64,000 nt of DNA, taken from Candidatus Tayloriibacteriota bacterium (lineage in GTDB: Bacteria; Patescibacteriota; Minisyncoccia; Phycocordibacterales; PALSA-1337). The notes beneath the pieces are model-generated. The model was not told the origin of the DNA. It saw nothing but the letters and a program-made list of their open reading frames with translations, and searched no databases. The translations under genes were made by a program, and so were the position numbers. Where the stretch lies: assembly GCA_903857825.1 (NCBI GenBank), contig CAIOGI010000001.1, positions 40,698 to 104,697 on the forward strand, written 5' to 3'. Below, piece by piece: positions 38,921 through 48,669 of the stretch (its first letter is position 1; every line of letters starts with the position of its first letter).

Positions 38921-39160
38921 GTTGTGGAAAGTATGTGGATAAGCTTGTGGTAAACTGGTTAAAAACTGTTATAAGATTGGGGTTAAATAGAGGTAAATTA
39001 TTTTAAACTTTGTTTTTTTCTAAAGTTATCAAAAGTTATGAGAAAAATAATTCACAGTTCATTCTTAAATAAAGAGCTTAAAAAAAGAGTTTTATTGAGT
39101 TATCCCCGTTTCCACAGGACTAATAGTAATAATAAATTAATTATATAAATAATAACAAAT
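38921..39160. promoter_or_regulatory. Candidate oriC / DnaA-box cluster in the dnaA-dnaN spacer
   Basis: A perfect DnaA box TGTGGATAA at 38934-38942, several 1-2 mismatch boxes (tgtggaaag, ttatccccg, tttccacag) and AT-rich tracts. Confidence 0.45.
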
Positions 39161-40267
39161 ATGAAAATAGAATGTGTACAAGAAAAACTTAGGAGTGCGA
39201 TCGGGGTATCAGGAAAGATAGCTGGAAAGCATATGACATTACCGGTACTGTCTTGTCTACTACTAGACGCATCTTCAAAGAACTCCTTGGTTATAAGATC
39301 AACAAACCTTGATCTAGGAATAGAAATTTCAATACCAGCAAAAATTCAAGACAGTGGAATAATAGCTGTTCCAGCCCAAGTCCTATCTTCTTTTGTTGAG
39401 GGGGTTAATAGCGATGATAGTGGTGTTAGACTAGAGTCAGATCAAAATAATTTAAAAATACTCACCACGCGCAGTTCTGGGACAATAAAGACTATGCCAG
39501 CAGAAGATTTCCCAACCATTCCAAGAGTCTCTGAAGACAATAAATTCTTTCTTAATGGTGCTGATTTTGCAAAAGGACTAAAATCTGTTTGGTACAGCTC
39601 CTCAGTTTCCAGTATTAAACCAGAATTATCTAGTATTTATATATATTGCGAAGACGAATCTATTGTCTTTGTTGCTACAGATTCATTTAGACTTGCTGAA
39701 AAGAGGGTAAAAATTAAAAAAACAAAGGATTTTGGACAAATATTGATCCCATTTAAAAATATACCAGAGATAATAAGGGTTCTTGAGAATATAAACGATG
39801 AAATAGAAATAAATCTAGATAAGAATCAAATATCATTCACATACAACAATCTTTATATGGTTTCACGAGTTGTTGACGGTATATTTCCCGATTATAAACA
39901 AATTATTCCAAAAAGTAGTACCACCGAGGTTGTTGTTCTAAAACAAGACTTATTAAACGCATTAAAATTATCAAATATTTTTTCAGATAAATTTAAACAA
40001 ATAAATTTTAAAATAAGCATAATAACAAAAACCTGCGAAATAAAAACAAAAAATAATGATATTGGGGAAAATATTACCAGTCTAGACGCTGCAATAACAG
40101 GGGAAGACATAGAAATAAACTTTAATTACAAGTATATTGTTGATTGTTTTCAGTCTATAGACTCAGACAGTGTTTCTATACACTTTAATGGTTTAAATAG
40201 GCCAATGATAATCAAACCTGTCTCCGATACATCATTTAGGTATTTGGTTATGCCAATGAATAGATAG
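39161..40267 (+). CDS. dnaN: DNA polymerase III beta sliding clamp
   Basis: A three-domain clamp, ...LPVLSCLLLDAS... to ...MPMNR. Confidence 0.95.
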   Translation: MKIECVQEKLRSAIGVSGKIAGKHMTLPVLSCLLLDASSKNSLVIRSTNLDLGIEISIPAKIQDSGIIAVPAQVLSSFVEGVNSDDSGVRLESDQNNLKILTTRSSGTIKTMPAEDFPTIPRVSEDNKFFLNGADFAKGLKSVWYSSSVSSIKPELSSIYIYCEDESIVFVATDSFRLAEKRVKIKKTKDFGQILIPFKNIPEIIRVLENINDEIEINLDKNQISFTYNNLYMVSRVVDGIFPDYKQIIPKSSTTEVVVLKQDLLNALKLSNIFSDKFKQINFKISIITKTCEIKTKNNDIGENITSLDAAITGEDIEINFNYKYIVDCFQSIDSDSVSIHFNGLNRPMIIKPVSDTSFRYLVMPMNR

Positions 40268-40269
40268 TA

Positions 40270-40518
40270 ATGAAAAAAATAGGACAATTCTTTGGAAAAT
40301 TTAATTCTGTTGCTGCAAAAGAAATTCAAAAAAGAGTTTATATTTGTAATATAATTAAAAATGAGATAGGACAGGAAATACAAATCGACGACATATCAAT
40401 TAGAAGTGGGGAGGTAATCATAAAAGGGGGATCAGGTTTGAAGAGTCAGATATTTATAAAAAAAGAAAAAATACTCTATTTAATCAACAAAGAAGTAAGT
40501 ATTAGGGATATAAAATAA
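40270..40518 (+). CDS. Small DUF721-like (DciA-like) protein downstream of dnaN
   Basis: Synteny after dnaN, and ...ISIRSGEVIIKGGSGLKSQIF... resembles the DUF721 core. This is a weak call. Confidence 0.3.
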   Translation: MKKIGQFFGKFNSVAAKEIQKRVYICNIIKNEIGQEIQIDDISIRSGEVIIKGGSGLKSQIFIKKEKILYLINKEVSIRDIK

Positions 40519-43065
40519 CTACTGAACGATAGAGATCCTAACCGATGAAGATGTGCTGTTGAAAATAGAGTCGTAAGAGATAATTTTTATATCATTTACA
40601 CCAGGCTCAAAACCACCAATATCAGAAGGTGTGAAGTTGATGATGGAAGGATCTGTTTCCTTGGAAGAAATATATTTATCATTAATATATAGTTCAGACT
40701 TCTTTATTGGATATTTACCTGTAGATGTAATCTTGATTTCAACTTTAGAATTTAAATTTATGGCATCACCTTCTTTTGGGGAAATAATTGTAATTGAAGG
40801 CTGGTTTTCTGGCACATGAACATCATCGGTTTCTGTTGGAATTGTATAAGAAGGAGTTTCTTTGAACGATTGATTGTCTTTCTGCCAAATATCAAACCAT
40901 TTTCTAACACCGTACTCCCAATAGTCATACTGAGAATCTTTTTTTGGTTCTGCTGGAACAGGTCCTTGTGGATGATCTTTTTCTAACCAATTCAATATTG
41001 TATGAACGCTTGGAACTATAATTTCTTGACGTGTTTGAGTTGGGGTCATTTCTGTCGCTATTTTTTTTGATACAGAATCAATTGTATAAGAAATACCACC
41101 TTTCCAAATGCCTCTTAATACAGGCTTAATATCTTCTGGGGAAGGTTCTGGTTTTTTAAATGATTCTTTTTCTAATGAATCATTTATTTCTGCCATAAAA
41201 GCCCCCCACACAGGAGTAATAATAGTTCCAGCAACTTTTTTGTCCATCGGACTATTGTCGTTTTTTCCAGCCCAAGCACCCACGACAATATTTGGTGTAT
41301 ATCCTTCTATCCAAACATCTCGAAAGTCATTGGTTGTTCCTGTTTTTACTGCTACCTGACGATTTAAATTTGCAACAACAGATGTGACACTCTCCATTCT
41401 TACAGATGGATCTGAAAGAATATCCGAAATCTGCCTAGCTGATTGAGAGGGTATTGCTTGAACAGGTTCGATAGAAGACTCCTCCAATACATTTCCTAGA
41501 GAATCTTCGATTCTAAGTATTGATCTATATGGATTTCTAATTCCATCATTTGCAAATACACCATAAGCACTTGTAAGTTCTAGTAAAGACACCTCGCCAC
41601 CACCAAGAACGAGGGTCAAACCATAGCGTCCTGGGTCTTTTAGGCTAGTTATACCCATTGTCTCAGCAGTATCAATAGACTCTTTAATACCAACCAAATA
41701 AAGCGCCTTAACCGCAGGAATATTTCTAGAATGAGCAAGAGCCGTTCTTATTGTTTCAGGACCTTCAAAGATTCCATCGTAATTATCAGGAGAATAGCAA
41801 ACTTTTTCAATATCATCACTTGGATTTGTTGGTTTTCCTTCAACGGTACACTTTGTTGAAAATTCCGTCTTTACATCAAACAAAATAGTTTCAGGGGTGT
41901 AGCCTTTTGTGAAAGCTGTTGCATAAACAAAGGGTTTAAATGTTGACCCCGGTTGTCTGTATGCTGTTGTTATATTGAAATTTCCTTGAATCTTTTTATC
42001 AAAGTAGTTTCTAGAGCCAATCATTGTCAGGATATCACCATTTTTTGGGTTTATGGCGATCATTGCTGTATTACTTGCACTAAAAGTGGATTCTAGTGTT
42101 GGTGCGAAATTGGCAACAACTTTTTCAGCCTTTTCTTGCATTGTATAGTCAAGAGTTGTTATTACCTTCATGCCATTTTCCTCCACAGCGTCTTCGCCGA
42201 ATTTTTGTATCAAATAATCCTTAACATACAATGCAAAATGAGGGGCCCTCATACCTGTTGAACTTTTTTCTAGAAATATTACATTTTCATTTGTTGCTTG
42301 TTGATATTCTTCTTCGTTTATAAAACCATTTTCTAACATTTTCTGTAATACAAGACGCTGTCTAGCTTTCAAAGACTCTTTGTTTGGGCCATATGGAGAG
42401 TAGAATGTCGGTGCTTGAGGTATGGCACCCAAATATGCAGCTTCCGCAAGTGTTACATTTTCTGCTGATTTACCAAAAAAGGTTTTACTCGCTTCTTCTA
42501 CACCATAAACACTTCCACCATAAGGGGTTTCGTTTAGATAGGTACTAAGTATTTGGTCTTTCGATAATATTTTTTCGAGTTTAATTGCCAAGACCCACTC
42601 CTTTATTTTTCTTGTTATTGTTCTATCTTTTGTAAGTACGGAGTTTTTTATAACTTGTTGGGTTATGGTTGAACCGCCTTGTTTTGTTCCAGAACCAGGT
42701 GTTATGTTTGAAAGTACGGCTCGAACTATTGAAGATGGCTTTATTCCCATATGTTGATAAAACTCTGTATCCTCTATTGCGATGGCGGCATTTTTAATAT
42801 AAACAGAAATCTTATCAAATTCTATAACTGTTCTTTTTGCATCACTATGAATATCATAAAGAAGAACTTGACCAGTTCTATCAAATATCTTTGTGGACTG
42901 TACAACTTTTCTTGCCTCGAAGGCACTCAAGTCTGGTATTTGGAGGGATGTAAACCATATTATAGAACCACCAGCCAAAAGAAGGGATAGGGAAATAGAC
43001 AGCATCAATAATGCCTTTATTATCTTCCACTTAGTACTCTTGAAGAATGTTTTTCTTCTATGCAT
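40519..43065 (-). CDS. Penicillin-binding protein 1A (bifunctional GT51 glycosyltransferase/transpeptidase) with an extra C-terminal domain
   Basis: IAIEDTEFYQHMGI, GGSTITQQVIKN (GT51), and SGSTFKP and KTGTTND (transpeptidase). Confidence 0.9.
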   Translation of the reverse strand: MHRRKTFFKSTKWKIIKALLMLSISLSLLLAGGSIIWFTSLQIPDLSAFEARKVVQSTKIFDRTGQVLLYDIHSDAKRTVIEFDKISVYIKNAAIAIEDTEFYQHMGIKPSSIVRAVLSNITPGSGTKQGGSTITQQVIKNSVLTKDRTITRKIKEWVLAIKLEKILSKDQILSTYLNETPYGGSVYGVEEASKTFFGKSAENVTLAEAAYLGAIPQAPTFYSPYGPNKESLKARQRLVLQKMLENGFINEEEYQQATNENVIFLEKSSTGMRAPHFALYVKDYLIQKFGEDAVEENGMKVITTLDYTMQEKAEKVVANFAPTLESTFSASNTAMIAINPKNGDILTMIGSRNYFDKKIQGNFNITTAYRQPGSTFKPFVYATAFTKGYTPETILFDVKTEFSTKCTVEGKPTNPSDDIEKVCYSPDNYDGIFEGPETIRTALAHSRNIPAVKALYLVGIKESIDTAETMGITSLKDPGRYGLTLVLGGGEVSLLELTSAYGVFANDGIRNPYRSILRIEDSLGNVLEESSIEPVQAIPSQSARQISDILSDPSVRMESVTSVVANLNRQVAVKTGTTNDFRDVWIEGYTPNIVVGAWAGKNDNSPMDKKVAGTIITPVWGAFMAEINDSLEKESFKKPEPSPEDIKPVLRGIWKGGISYTIDSVSKKIATEMTPTQTRQEIIVPSVHTILNWLEKDHPQGPVPAEPKKDSQYDYWEYGVRKWFDIWQKDNQSFKETPSYTIPTETDDVHVPENQPSITIISPKEGDAINLNSKVEIKITSTGKYPIKKSELYINDKYISSKETDPSIINFTPSDIGGFEPGVNDIKIISYDSIFNSTSSSVRISIVQ

Positions 43066-43121
43066 TTAGAAATATTATCATAAATATGATACATTACATA
43101 GTAATAAGTTATATAAATATT

Positions 43122-44348
43122 ATGAATAACATCAACAAACTAGAGACAATAGTAGACGAAAAAAAGATAGAAAATGTTTTGTCTAGGGGTATTGAAGCGA
43201 TATTTCCCAACAAAGACTTTTTAAAAAGTAGATTATTAAAGGGGGAAAGACTAACTTTATATTTAGGAGTAGATCCAACAGGCCCAACACTCCATCTTGG
43301 TCACGCAATACCATTAAAAAAGTTAGGTGAATTCCAAAAGCTTGGACATCAGATCATCCTCTTGATAGGAGACTTTACTGCTATGATAGGGGATCCCTCA
43401 GACAAGACAGCGGCAAGAAAAAAACTCACGAAAGAACAGGTCTTAGAGAATTGTAAAGAATATAAAAAACAAGCAGAATCATTTATTTCATTTGATGGAG
43501 AAAATCCTGCGTTATTAAAGTTTAACTCTGAATGGCTTGCAAAAATGAATTTTGGAGATGTGCTAGAACTGGCATCCCTAATGACTGTTGATCAAATGAT
43601 GAAGAGAGACATGTTCGCGAGACGAGAAGAAGAAAATAAGCCAATATATATACATGAATTCATGTACCCCCTTATGCAGGGTTACGATTCTGTCGCTATG
43701 GATGTTGACGTAGAGATCGGTGGGAATGATCAAACCTTCAACATGCTTACTGGGAGAGATTTTATGAAGACCATAAAGAATAAGGAGAAATTCGTTATAG
43801 CCACCAAGCTCCTAACTGATTCTTCAGGTAAAAAAATGGGAAAGACAGAAGGAAATATGGTTAGTTTGGACCAATCCCCAGAGGAGATATTTGGGAAGGT
43901 TATGAGCTGGTCAGACAATCTTATTTTGCCAGGACTTGAAATTGCAACAAATATCTCATTAGAAGAGATAGAAGATATTAAGAAATCTCTAGACTCTGGA
44001 TCAAATCCAAAAGAAGCTAAAGTAAAATTGGCAAAAGAAATTGTATCTATGGTTCATGATTTAGAATCATCAGAAACAGCTCATCAGTCTTTTGAAAAAG
44101 CTTTCTCTAAAGGAGAAATCCCAGATGACATAAAAGAAATTTCTACACCAGTGGGATTTTTGATTAGAGATTTGTTGGTCAAAGAGGGGATTGTGAGCTC
44201 AAATGGGGACTGGAAGAGGTTGATCGAGGGCAATGCTATTACTATTGTTGATTCTGATGAAATAATTAAAGACCTTTCCTTAAAATCAGAAAAAAACCTC
44301 ACTATTCGTATTGGTAAAAAAAGATTTGTTAAAATAATTATCAAATAA
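43122..44348 (+). CDS. tyrS: Tyrosine--tRNA ligase. The likely start is MNNINKLE, and the track ORF begins earlier at 43047.
   Basis: GVDPTGPTLHLGHAIPL (the HIGH motif), KMGKT (KMSKS-like) and a C-terminal S4-like domain. Confidence 0.9.
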   Translation: MNNINKLETIVDEKKIENVLSRGIEAIFPNKDFLKSRLLKGERLTLYLGVDPTGPTLHLGHAIPLKKLGEFQKLGHQIILLIGDFTAMIGDPSDKTAARKKLTKEQVLENCKEYKKQAESFISFDGENPALLKFNSEWLAKMNFGDVLELASLMTVDQMMKRDMFARREEENKPIYIHEFMYPLMQGYDSVAMDVDVEIGGNDQTFNMLTGRDFMKTIKNKEKFVIATKLLTDSSGKKMGKTEGNMVSLDQSPEEIFGKVMSWSDNLILPGLEIATNISLEEIEDIKKSLDSGSNPKEAKVKLAKEIVSMVHDLESSETAHQSFEKAFSKGEIPDDIKEISTPVGFLIRDLLVKEGIVSSNGDWKRLIEGNAITIVDSDEIIKDLSLKSEKNLTIRIGKKRFVKIIIK

Positions 44349-44378
44349 AAATAGTAACAAGATAAATCTTTCTATTTT

Positions 44379-44579
44379 TTACTCCTCCCACCTGTCTTTG
44401 AATGGGTCCACCTCATCGTCGGCTAGTGCCAACTCATCCTCTTCGTCATCTTCGTCAGTAGTTTCTTCTAGTGGGTCTACTATTGGTGCTGCATCATCGT
44501 CTAATAATAAATCTGGATCAAGCACCTTTTCGCTTTTTTCATCTTTTTCTTCACCTAATATTGCTTTTGTTTTTGGCAT
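44379..44579 (-). CDS. Small highly acidic hypothetical protein (Asp/Glu-rich)
   Basis: A 66-aa ORF in an otherwise empty gap. It is low-complexity, so coding is uncertain. Confidence 0.3.
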   Translation of the reverse strand: MPKTKAILGEEKDEKSEKVLDPDLLLDDDAAPIVDPLEETTDEDDEEDELALADDEVDPFKDRWEE

Positions 44580-44675
44580 GTTCTTCTATTTATTAAATTA
44601 TTTTCTAAGATTTCATATTTGTAACAAAACTATTTAATTTTTGCAAATAGTACAAACTGTGGAAAACTTTATATT

Positions 44676-44702
44676 GTAAAATTGAAGCGAGTCCAATTTT
44701 AC
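44676..44702. repeat. Short copy C of the palindromic repeat (gtaaaattgaagcgagtccaattttac), overlapping the ruvC stop
   Basis: It shares the terminal motifs of copies A and B without the internal region. Confidence 0.5.
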
Positions 44703-45169
44703 CTAAGTTTAGATCCAATATGAGATTGGCATGTAAGAGCAACGGCTATCGCATCATACTCATCATCTAAGGCTTTTTTTGCCTTTATTTTTAGGAGTAA
44801 AGGGATCATTTTAATTATTTGCGCCTTATCGCTACCACCGTGTCCTGTAACAGCAACCTTGATTTCGGGTGGACTGTATTCAAATATTTCAATGTCTTTT
44901 AGACCTGCTTCATATGATATTACTCCACGAGCCTCGGCTACCCTCATTGCCGTCTTTTGATTTTTTGTGATAAAAAGAGATTCGATGGCCATTATGTTTG
45001 GTGAAAATTCTTTAATTATTTTTCCAATTTTAATTCCAATTTCGCATAGTCTTTTGTGAAAACTGTCTTTTGATGAAGTAGAAAAACATTCGGAGTGTAT
45101 TAGTACTCCATCTTCTATTATCGCTATTCCTACTCGATCATATCCTGGATCTATTCCTAGTATTTTCAT
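44699..45169 (-). CDS. ruvC: Holliday junction resolvase RuvC
   Basis: MKILGIDPGYDRVGIAII..., with catalytic D/E positions conserved. Confidence 0.9.
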   Translation of the reverse strand: MKILGIDPGYDRVGIAIIEDGVLIHSECFSTSSKDSFHKRLCEIGIKIGKIIKEFSPNIMAIESLFITKNQKTAMRVAEARGVISYEAGLKDIEIFEYSPPEIKVAVTGHGGSDKAQIIKMIPLLLKIKAKKALDDEYDAIAVALTCQSHIGSKLR

Positions 45170-45179
45170 TTAGATTTAG

Positions 45180-45317
45180 GCAAAATAGGCTTGCCAATCT
45201 TGCGGTCGGAAGCACTTTATATTTCTAGCTAAGGCACTTGTTGTTTGATAAATCAAACAATGTCGCGCAAGCTAGGAAATATAAAGTCTTCCTCCCCGTT
45301 GGCTCGCACTATTTTGC
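45180..45317. repeat. Variant copy D of the palindromic repeat family (gcaaaataggcttgcc ... ggctcgcactattttgc), with a central 9-bp perfect inverted repeat ttgtttgat-aa-atcaaacaa
   Basis: Its internal segments gcggtcggaagcactttat and gcgcaagctag are shared with copy B. Confidence 0.55.
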
Positions 45318-45319
45318 AG

Positions 45320-45853
45320 TTACTCTGCATTGGTAAATACCTCCTGCACCTCCTCATTTTCTTCCAAAGCTTCAACAAGGGCCTGGAGCTTCTCTATATC
45401 CTCATCTTCAAGTGGCATGGTTGTCGTTGCCGCAATCACTCCGTCTGGACCCTTTGCAAAAGCCCACGACGCACTTCCTGGAGAAGCGAGCTCCGCGCCA
45501 TGTCTTGCAAGTATTGCCTTTATTTCCTGAGCAGCTTTGTTCCTGTTGTCTGTTAATACCTCGACAAGTATAGCAATACCACCTGGTCCGTATGATTCAT
45601 ATTGAATATTTTCCATCTGAGCACTGTTGTCTGTTGTTGCTTTTTTTATTGCTCTTTCAATAGTGTCGTTCGGCATATTTTCTTTTCTTGCCTTTTCAAT
45701 AGCTAAAGCTAGTCCTGGAGACTTCAGGTTTCCTCCAGATTTCTTTGCCTCTACTGTGATAAATCTAACAAGTTTACCGAACACATTACTCTTTTTTGCG
45801 TCATTAGCAGCCTTCTGATGCTTGATCTTTGAAAATTTATTATGTCCTGACAT
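45320..45853 (-). CDS. yebC: YebC/PmpR-family (TACO1) probable transcriptional regulator
   Basis: MSGHNKFSKIKHQKAANDAKKSNVFGKLVRFITVEAK.... Confidence 0.9.
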   Translation of the reverse strand: MSGHNKFSKIKHQKAANDAKKSNVFGKLVRFITVEAKKSGGNLKSPGLALAIEKARKENMPNDTIERAIKKATTDNSAQMENIQYESYGPGGIAILVEVLTDNRNKAAQEIKAILARHGAELASPGSASWAFAKGPDGVIAATTTMPLEDEDIEKLQALVEALEENEEVQEVFTNAE

Positions 45854-45854
45854 G

Positions 45855-46691
45855 TTATTGTTTGTTATTTTTTAATTTTTTAGTATCTTTTTTATATTTT
45901 GATTCTACTTTATTTATATCTTCCGCGGGAGGAAGATTTTCAGGATAAATACCTGTTTTAACAAGAACCCCACGAACACCAATATTATTATTCACGTGCT
46001 CAGTAAGTATACTATTTTTTCCTTGAAGATTTTTTCTGCGAGTATTTTCTGAGGTCATGGCAGTAGCAAGATCTTTTGCTTTTAGTGTGATATCCGGTAA
46101 AAAGTCAGCCAAAGGTTTTGAAGAATCTATACCCAATCTTTTCTTCATTGTATCTGTACTCTTTCCACCAAACAAAGCTTGATCACCAAAACTTCTTATT
46201 TCACCCAAACCCCTTCCATCGACGCCCCTACTCATAGCCAGAGTGCTAAAATCTTTCTCTGTAATCTTTAGTTTTTCCCTGGAATTTATTCTTTCTAATT
46301 CAGCCATTCTTTGTTCCAATACCTCCATTTTTCTTGTTTGGGTAACAAAATATGCTTGTGCAAATGCAACTTCTTTTTTTCTAGGATCACCGTTTAGGGC
46401 TGTTAAATAACATGCATATCTTGTTAATTTCATATCGTCAATACTTTTTTCTATATCAAGGCCTATTTTCGCCATTTTCTGCACGTGCAGGAAATGGTCT
46501 TCCACGAGACTTTTCGCATTTTTGCAGGCTTCCTTTGCTCTTTGTATTGTGGTATCAAAATTATCCCAACGGGTATATCCAAGTAGTGGATATAGTTCTC
46601 TCGCAAACCAAAACTCAACACCATTTTCTGTGTGTTTTATATCATCAAAGGTTTTGTATAGAGTTTGTAATTCTTTATTCTCCATTCCCAC
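45855..46691 (-). CDS. dinD: DNA-damage-inducible protein D (DinD family, Bro-N-like N-terminus)
   Basis: EFWFARELYPLLGYTRWDNF...KLTRYACYLTALNGDPRKK...AYFVTQTRKMEVLEQ aligns closely with E. coli DinD. Confidence 0.8.
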   Translation of the reverse strand: MGMENKELQTLYKTFDDIKHTENGVEFWFARELYPLLGYTRWDNFDTTIQRAKEACKNAKSLVEDHFLHVQKMAKIGLDIEKSIDDMKLTRYACYLTALNGDPRKKEVAFAQAYFVTQTRKMEVLEQRMAELERINSREKLKITEKDFSTLAMSRGVDGRGLGEIRSFGDQALFGGKSTDTMKKRLGIDSSKPLADFLPDITLKAKDLATAMTSENTRRKNLQGKNSILTEHVNNNIGVRGVLVKTGIYPENLPPAEDINKVESKYKKDTKKLKNNKQ

Positions 46692-46771
46692 ATTCTACTA
46701 CTTGAAAATGACTTGTAAACTTATCAGGATAGAAAATTTGTTTTGTGGTTTGGGTTTGATATACTCTACAA

Positions 46772-47602
46772 ATGGATAGTCAAACTGAGGCTAATAAATT
46801 CGAAAGACAAAATACTCCAAGTGTTAAATTTGAATTACCAGACACTGAGTATGAAGCGGGTATGTTTTTCTATTTTTGTTTTAAAAAAGATGGCTTGCTA
46901 GATTGGAGTGAAAGGGTATATGCTGCACATCCAAAACTAAAGGAGATGACTGTGGGGGTTGTCGATGGTAAGGAGTTTCTTGATATGTGTAAGGAATATG
47001 TCAGTGCATGCTTAAAAGAGCAGGATGTGTCTTTGCAGAACGCAAAAGAACATTTTCAATTAGCTTGGGATAAAATAGCAGAAACTTTTTTGAGAGAAAT
47101 TATAGGAGACTTTGAAACTCAACATCCAGAAAATATCGATGATATTGTTGCGAATGTTTCTATAAATCCAATTTGTCCAAGACACATAAAAGATTGGTCA
47201 TATAGTTTATTTTACAAATTCTCAGCAGAGCAAGTGTGCAAAACTAGTATTCATGAGATTATTCACTTTTTCTATTTTAAAAAATGGCTAGAGGTGTTTC
47301 CTGGTTATGACACAAGGACCTTTGAGAACCCTCATTCAGAATGGATATTAAGTGAAATTTTGGTTGTTGTAATAATGAATCAGAATAAGAAAATTCAAGA
47401 AATATTAAAGGGCGGTCAGTCTGATGTGTATAAAGAGTTTCAACATATAAAAATAGGGGACAAGTCCCTCGTTGATTTTTTCGGAGAAATTTATAGGAAA
47501 CATACGGACAGTCAGATGTCTTTTGAAGATTTTTTAAAGAAATCCTGGGAGGAATATAATAAACATAGAGGTGAGATTGAGGTAAAGAAAAACATAAAAT
47601 AG
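46772..47602 (+). CDS. Hypothetical protein with a HExxH motif (HEIIH)
   Basis: A clean ORF with an isolated HEIIHFFY motif. Confidence 0.35.
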   Translation: MDSQTEANKFERQNTPSVKFELPDTEYEAGMFFYFCFKKDGLLDWSERVYAAHPKLKEMTVGVVDGKEFLDMCKEYVSACLKEQDVSLQNAKEHFQLAWDKIAETFLREIIGDFETQHPENIDDIVANVSINPICPRHIKDWSYSLFYKFSAEQVCKTSIHEIIHFFYFKKWLEVFPGYDTRTFENPHSEWILSEILVVVIMNQNKKIQEILKGGQSDVYKEFQHIKIGDKSLVDFFGEIYRKHTDSQMSFEDFLKKSWEEYNKHRGEIEVKKNIK

Positions 47603-47612
47603 TTTATAATTT

Positions 47613-48611
47613 TTATTTCCTCACCTCCAAATGCCCATATGCCTTCTCCGTAACCGTTCTTCCTCGTGCGGTTCGTTCAAGCAATCCCAACTGTATTAGA
47701 TATGGCTCATATACTTCCTCTATTGTCGCTTGTTCCTCTGACAGGGCAGCAGCTATTGTGTTTAGGCCTACAGGACCCCCTTTAAACTTTTCAATCATAA
47801 CCTTCAGTATGTCTCGATCAGCACCATTTAGTCCAAGATTATCAACACCAAGCATTTTCAGTGCTTTTTCTACTGCATCTTTTGTAAGATCTGTTTTCTT
47901 TATCTGTGCATAGTCTCTACATCTTTTTAAAAAGTAATTTGCAGTTCTTGGAGTGAAGCGACTTCTAGACGCTATCTCTTTTATAGCTTCCGGATGAATA
48001 TCAATATCTAAAATCTTTGCAGATCTTTTAATAATTTCACCAATTTCGCCTTCGGTATAAAATTCTAGCTTAAATACTCCACCAGAAAATCTTGAACGAA
48101 GCGGCGAAGAAATCATGGCAATACGTGTTGTTGCGGCAATAAGTGTAAAAGAGGGTAGTTCGAGTTGAATGGTTCTAGCAGACGGTCCTTTTCCTATAAT
48201 AATATCCAGGACACCACTTTCCATTGCTGGATATAGCACTTCCTCGATGGCCTTATTTAATCTGTGTATTTCATCGATAAAAAGTATATCTCCATGCGAA
48301 AGGTTTGTAAGAATTGATGCTAAATCACCAACCTTGAGAATTGCGGGACCAGAAGTGACCTTCATTTGTGCACCAGTTTCCTTGGCAATGAGGTGAGCGA
48401 GGGTAGTCTTTCCCAGTCCTGGTGGACCATAGAATAAAATATGTTCAGGCGGATGTTTCCTCTCCTGCGCAGCAGTTAAAAGTATGTGCAAATTGTCTTT
48501 TATTGACTGTTGTCCTATGTAGTCCGCCCAGCGAGAAGGGCGCAGGGTCTGGTCTAGGTAGCCAGTATCTTTTTCTTGCTCGTTATTGTTCTTCTGAATA
48601 TTACTTGACAT
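47613..48611 (-). CDS. ruvB: Holliday junction branch-migration helicase RuvB
   Basis: GPPGLGKTTLA and ILFIDEIHRL. Confidence 0.95.
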   Translation of the reverse strand: MSSNIQKNNNEQEKDTGYLDQTLRPSRWADYIGQQSIKDNLHILLTAAQERKHPPEHILFYGPPGLGKTTLAHLIAKETGAQMKVTSGPAILKVGDLASILTNLSHGDILFIDEIHRLNKAIEEVLYPAMESGVLDIIIGKGPSARTIQLELPSFTLIAATTRIAMISSPLRSRFSGGVFKLEFYTEGEIGEIIKRSAKILDIDIHPEAIKEIASRSRFTPRTANYFLKRCRDYAQIKKTDLTKDAVEKALKMLGVDNLGLNGADRDILKVMIEKFKGGPVGLNTIAAALSEEQATIEEVYEPYLIQLGLLERTARGRTVTEKAYGHLEVRK

Positions 48612-48669
48612 AACTATTAATATATGCTAAGCTAATTGGGTTAGTGAATAGCGGAGCAAATGTAGCATT

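Noticed and set aside
44398-44637. 79-aa Ser-rich plus-strand ORF
   Set aside because: It is antisense to the acidic ORF, extremely low-complexity (poly-Ser), and has no start context. It is likely spurious.
44580-44698. Possible terminator or promoter hairpins around the acidic ORF and the tyrS 3' end (agat-aaa-atct)
   Set aside because: The stems are only 4-5 bp. They are not convincing.
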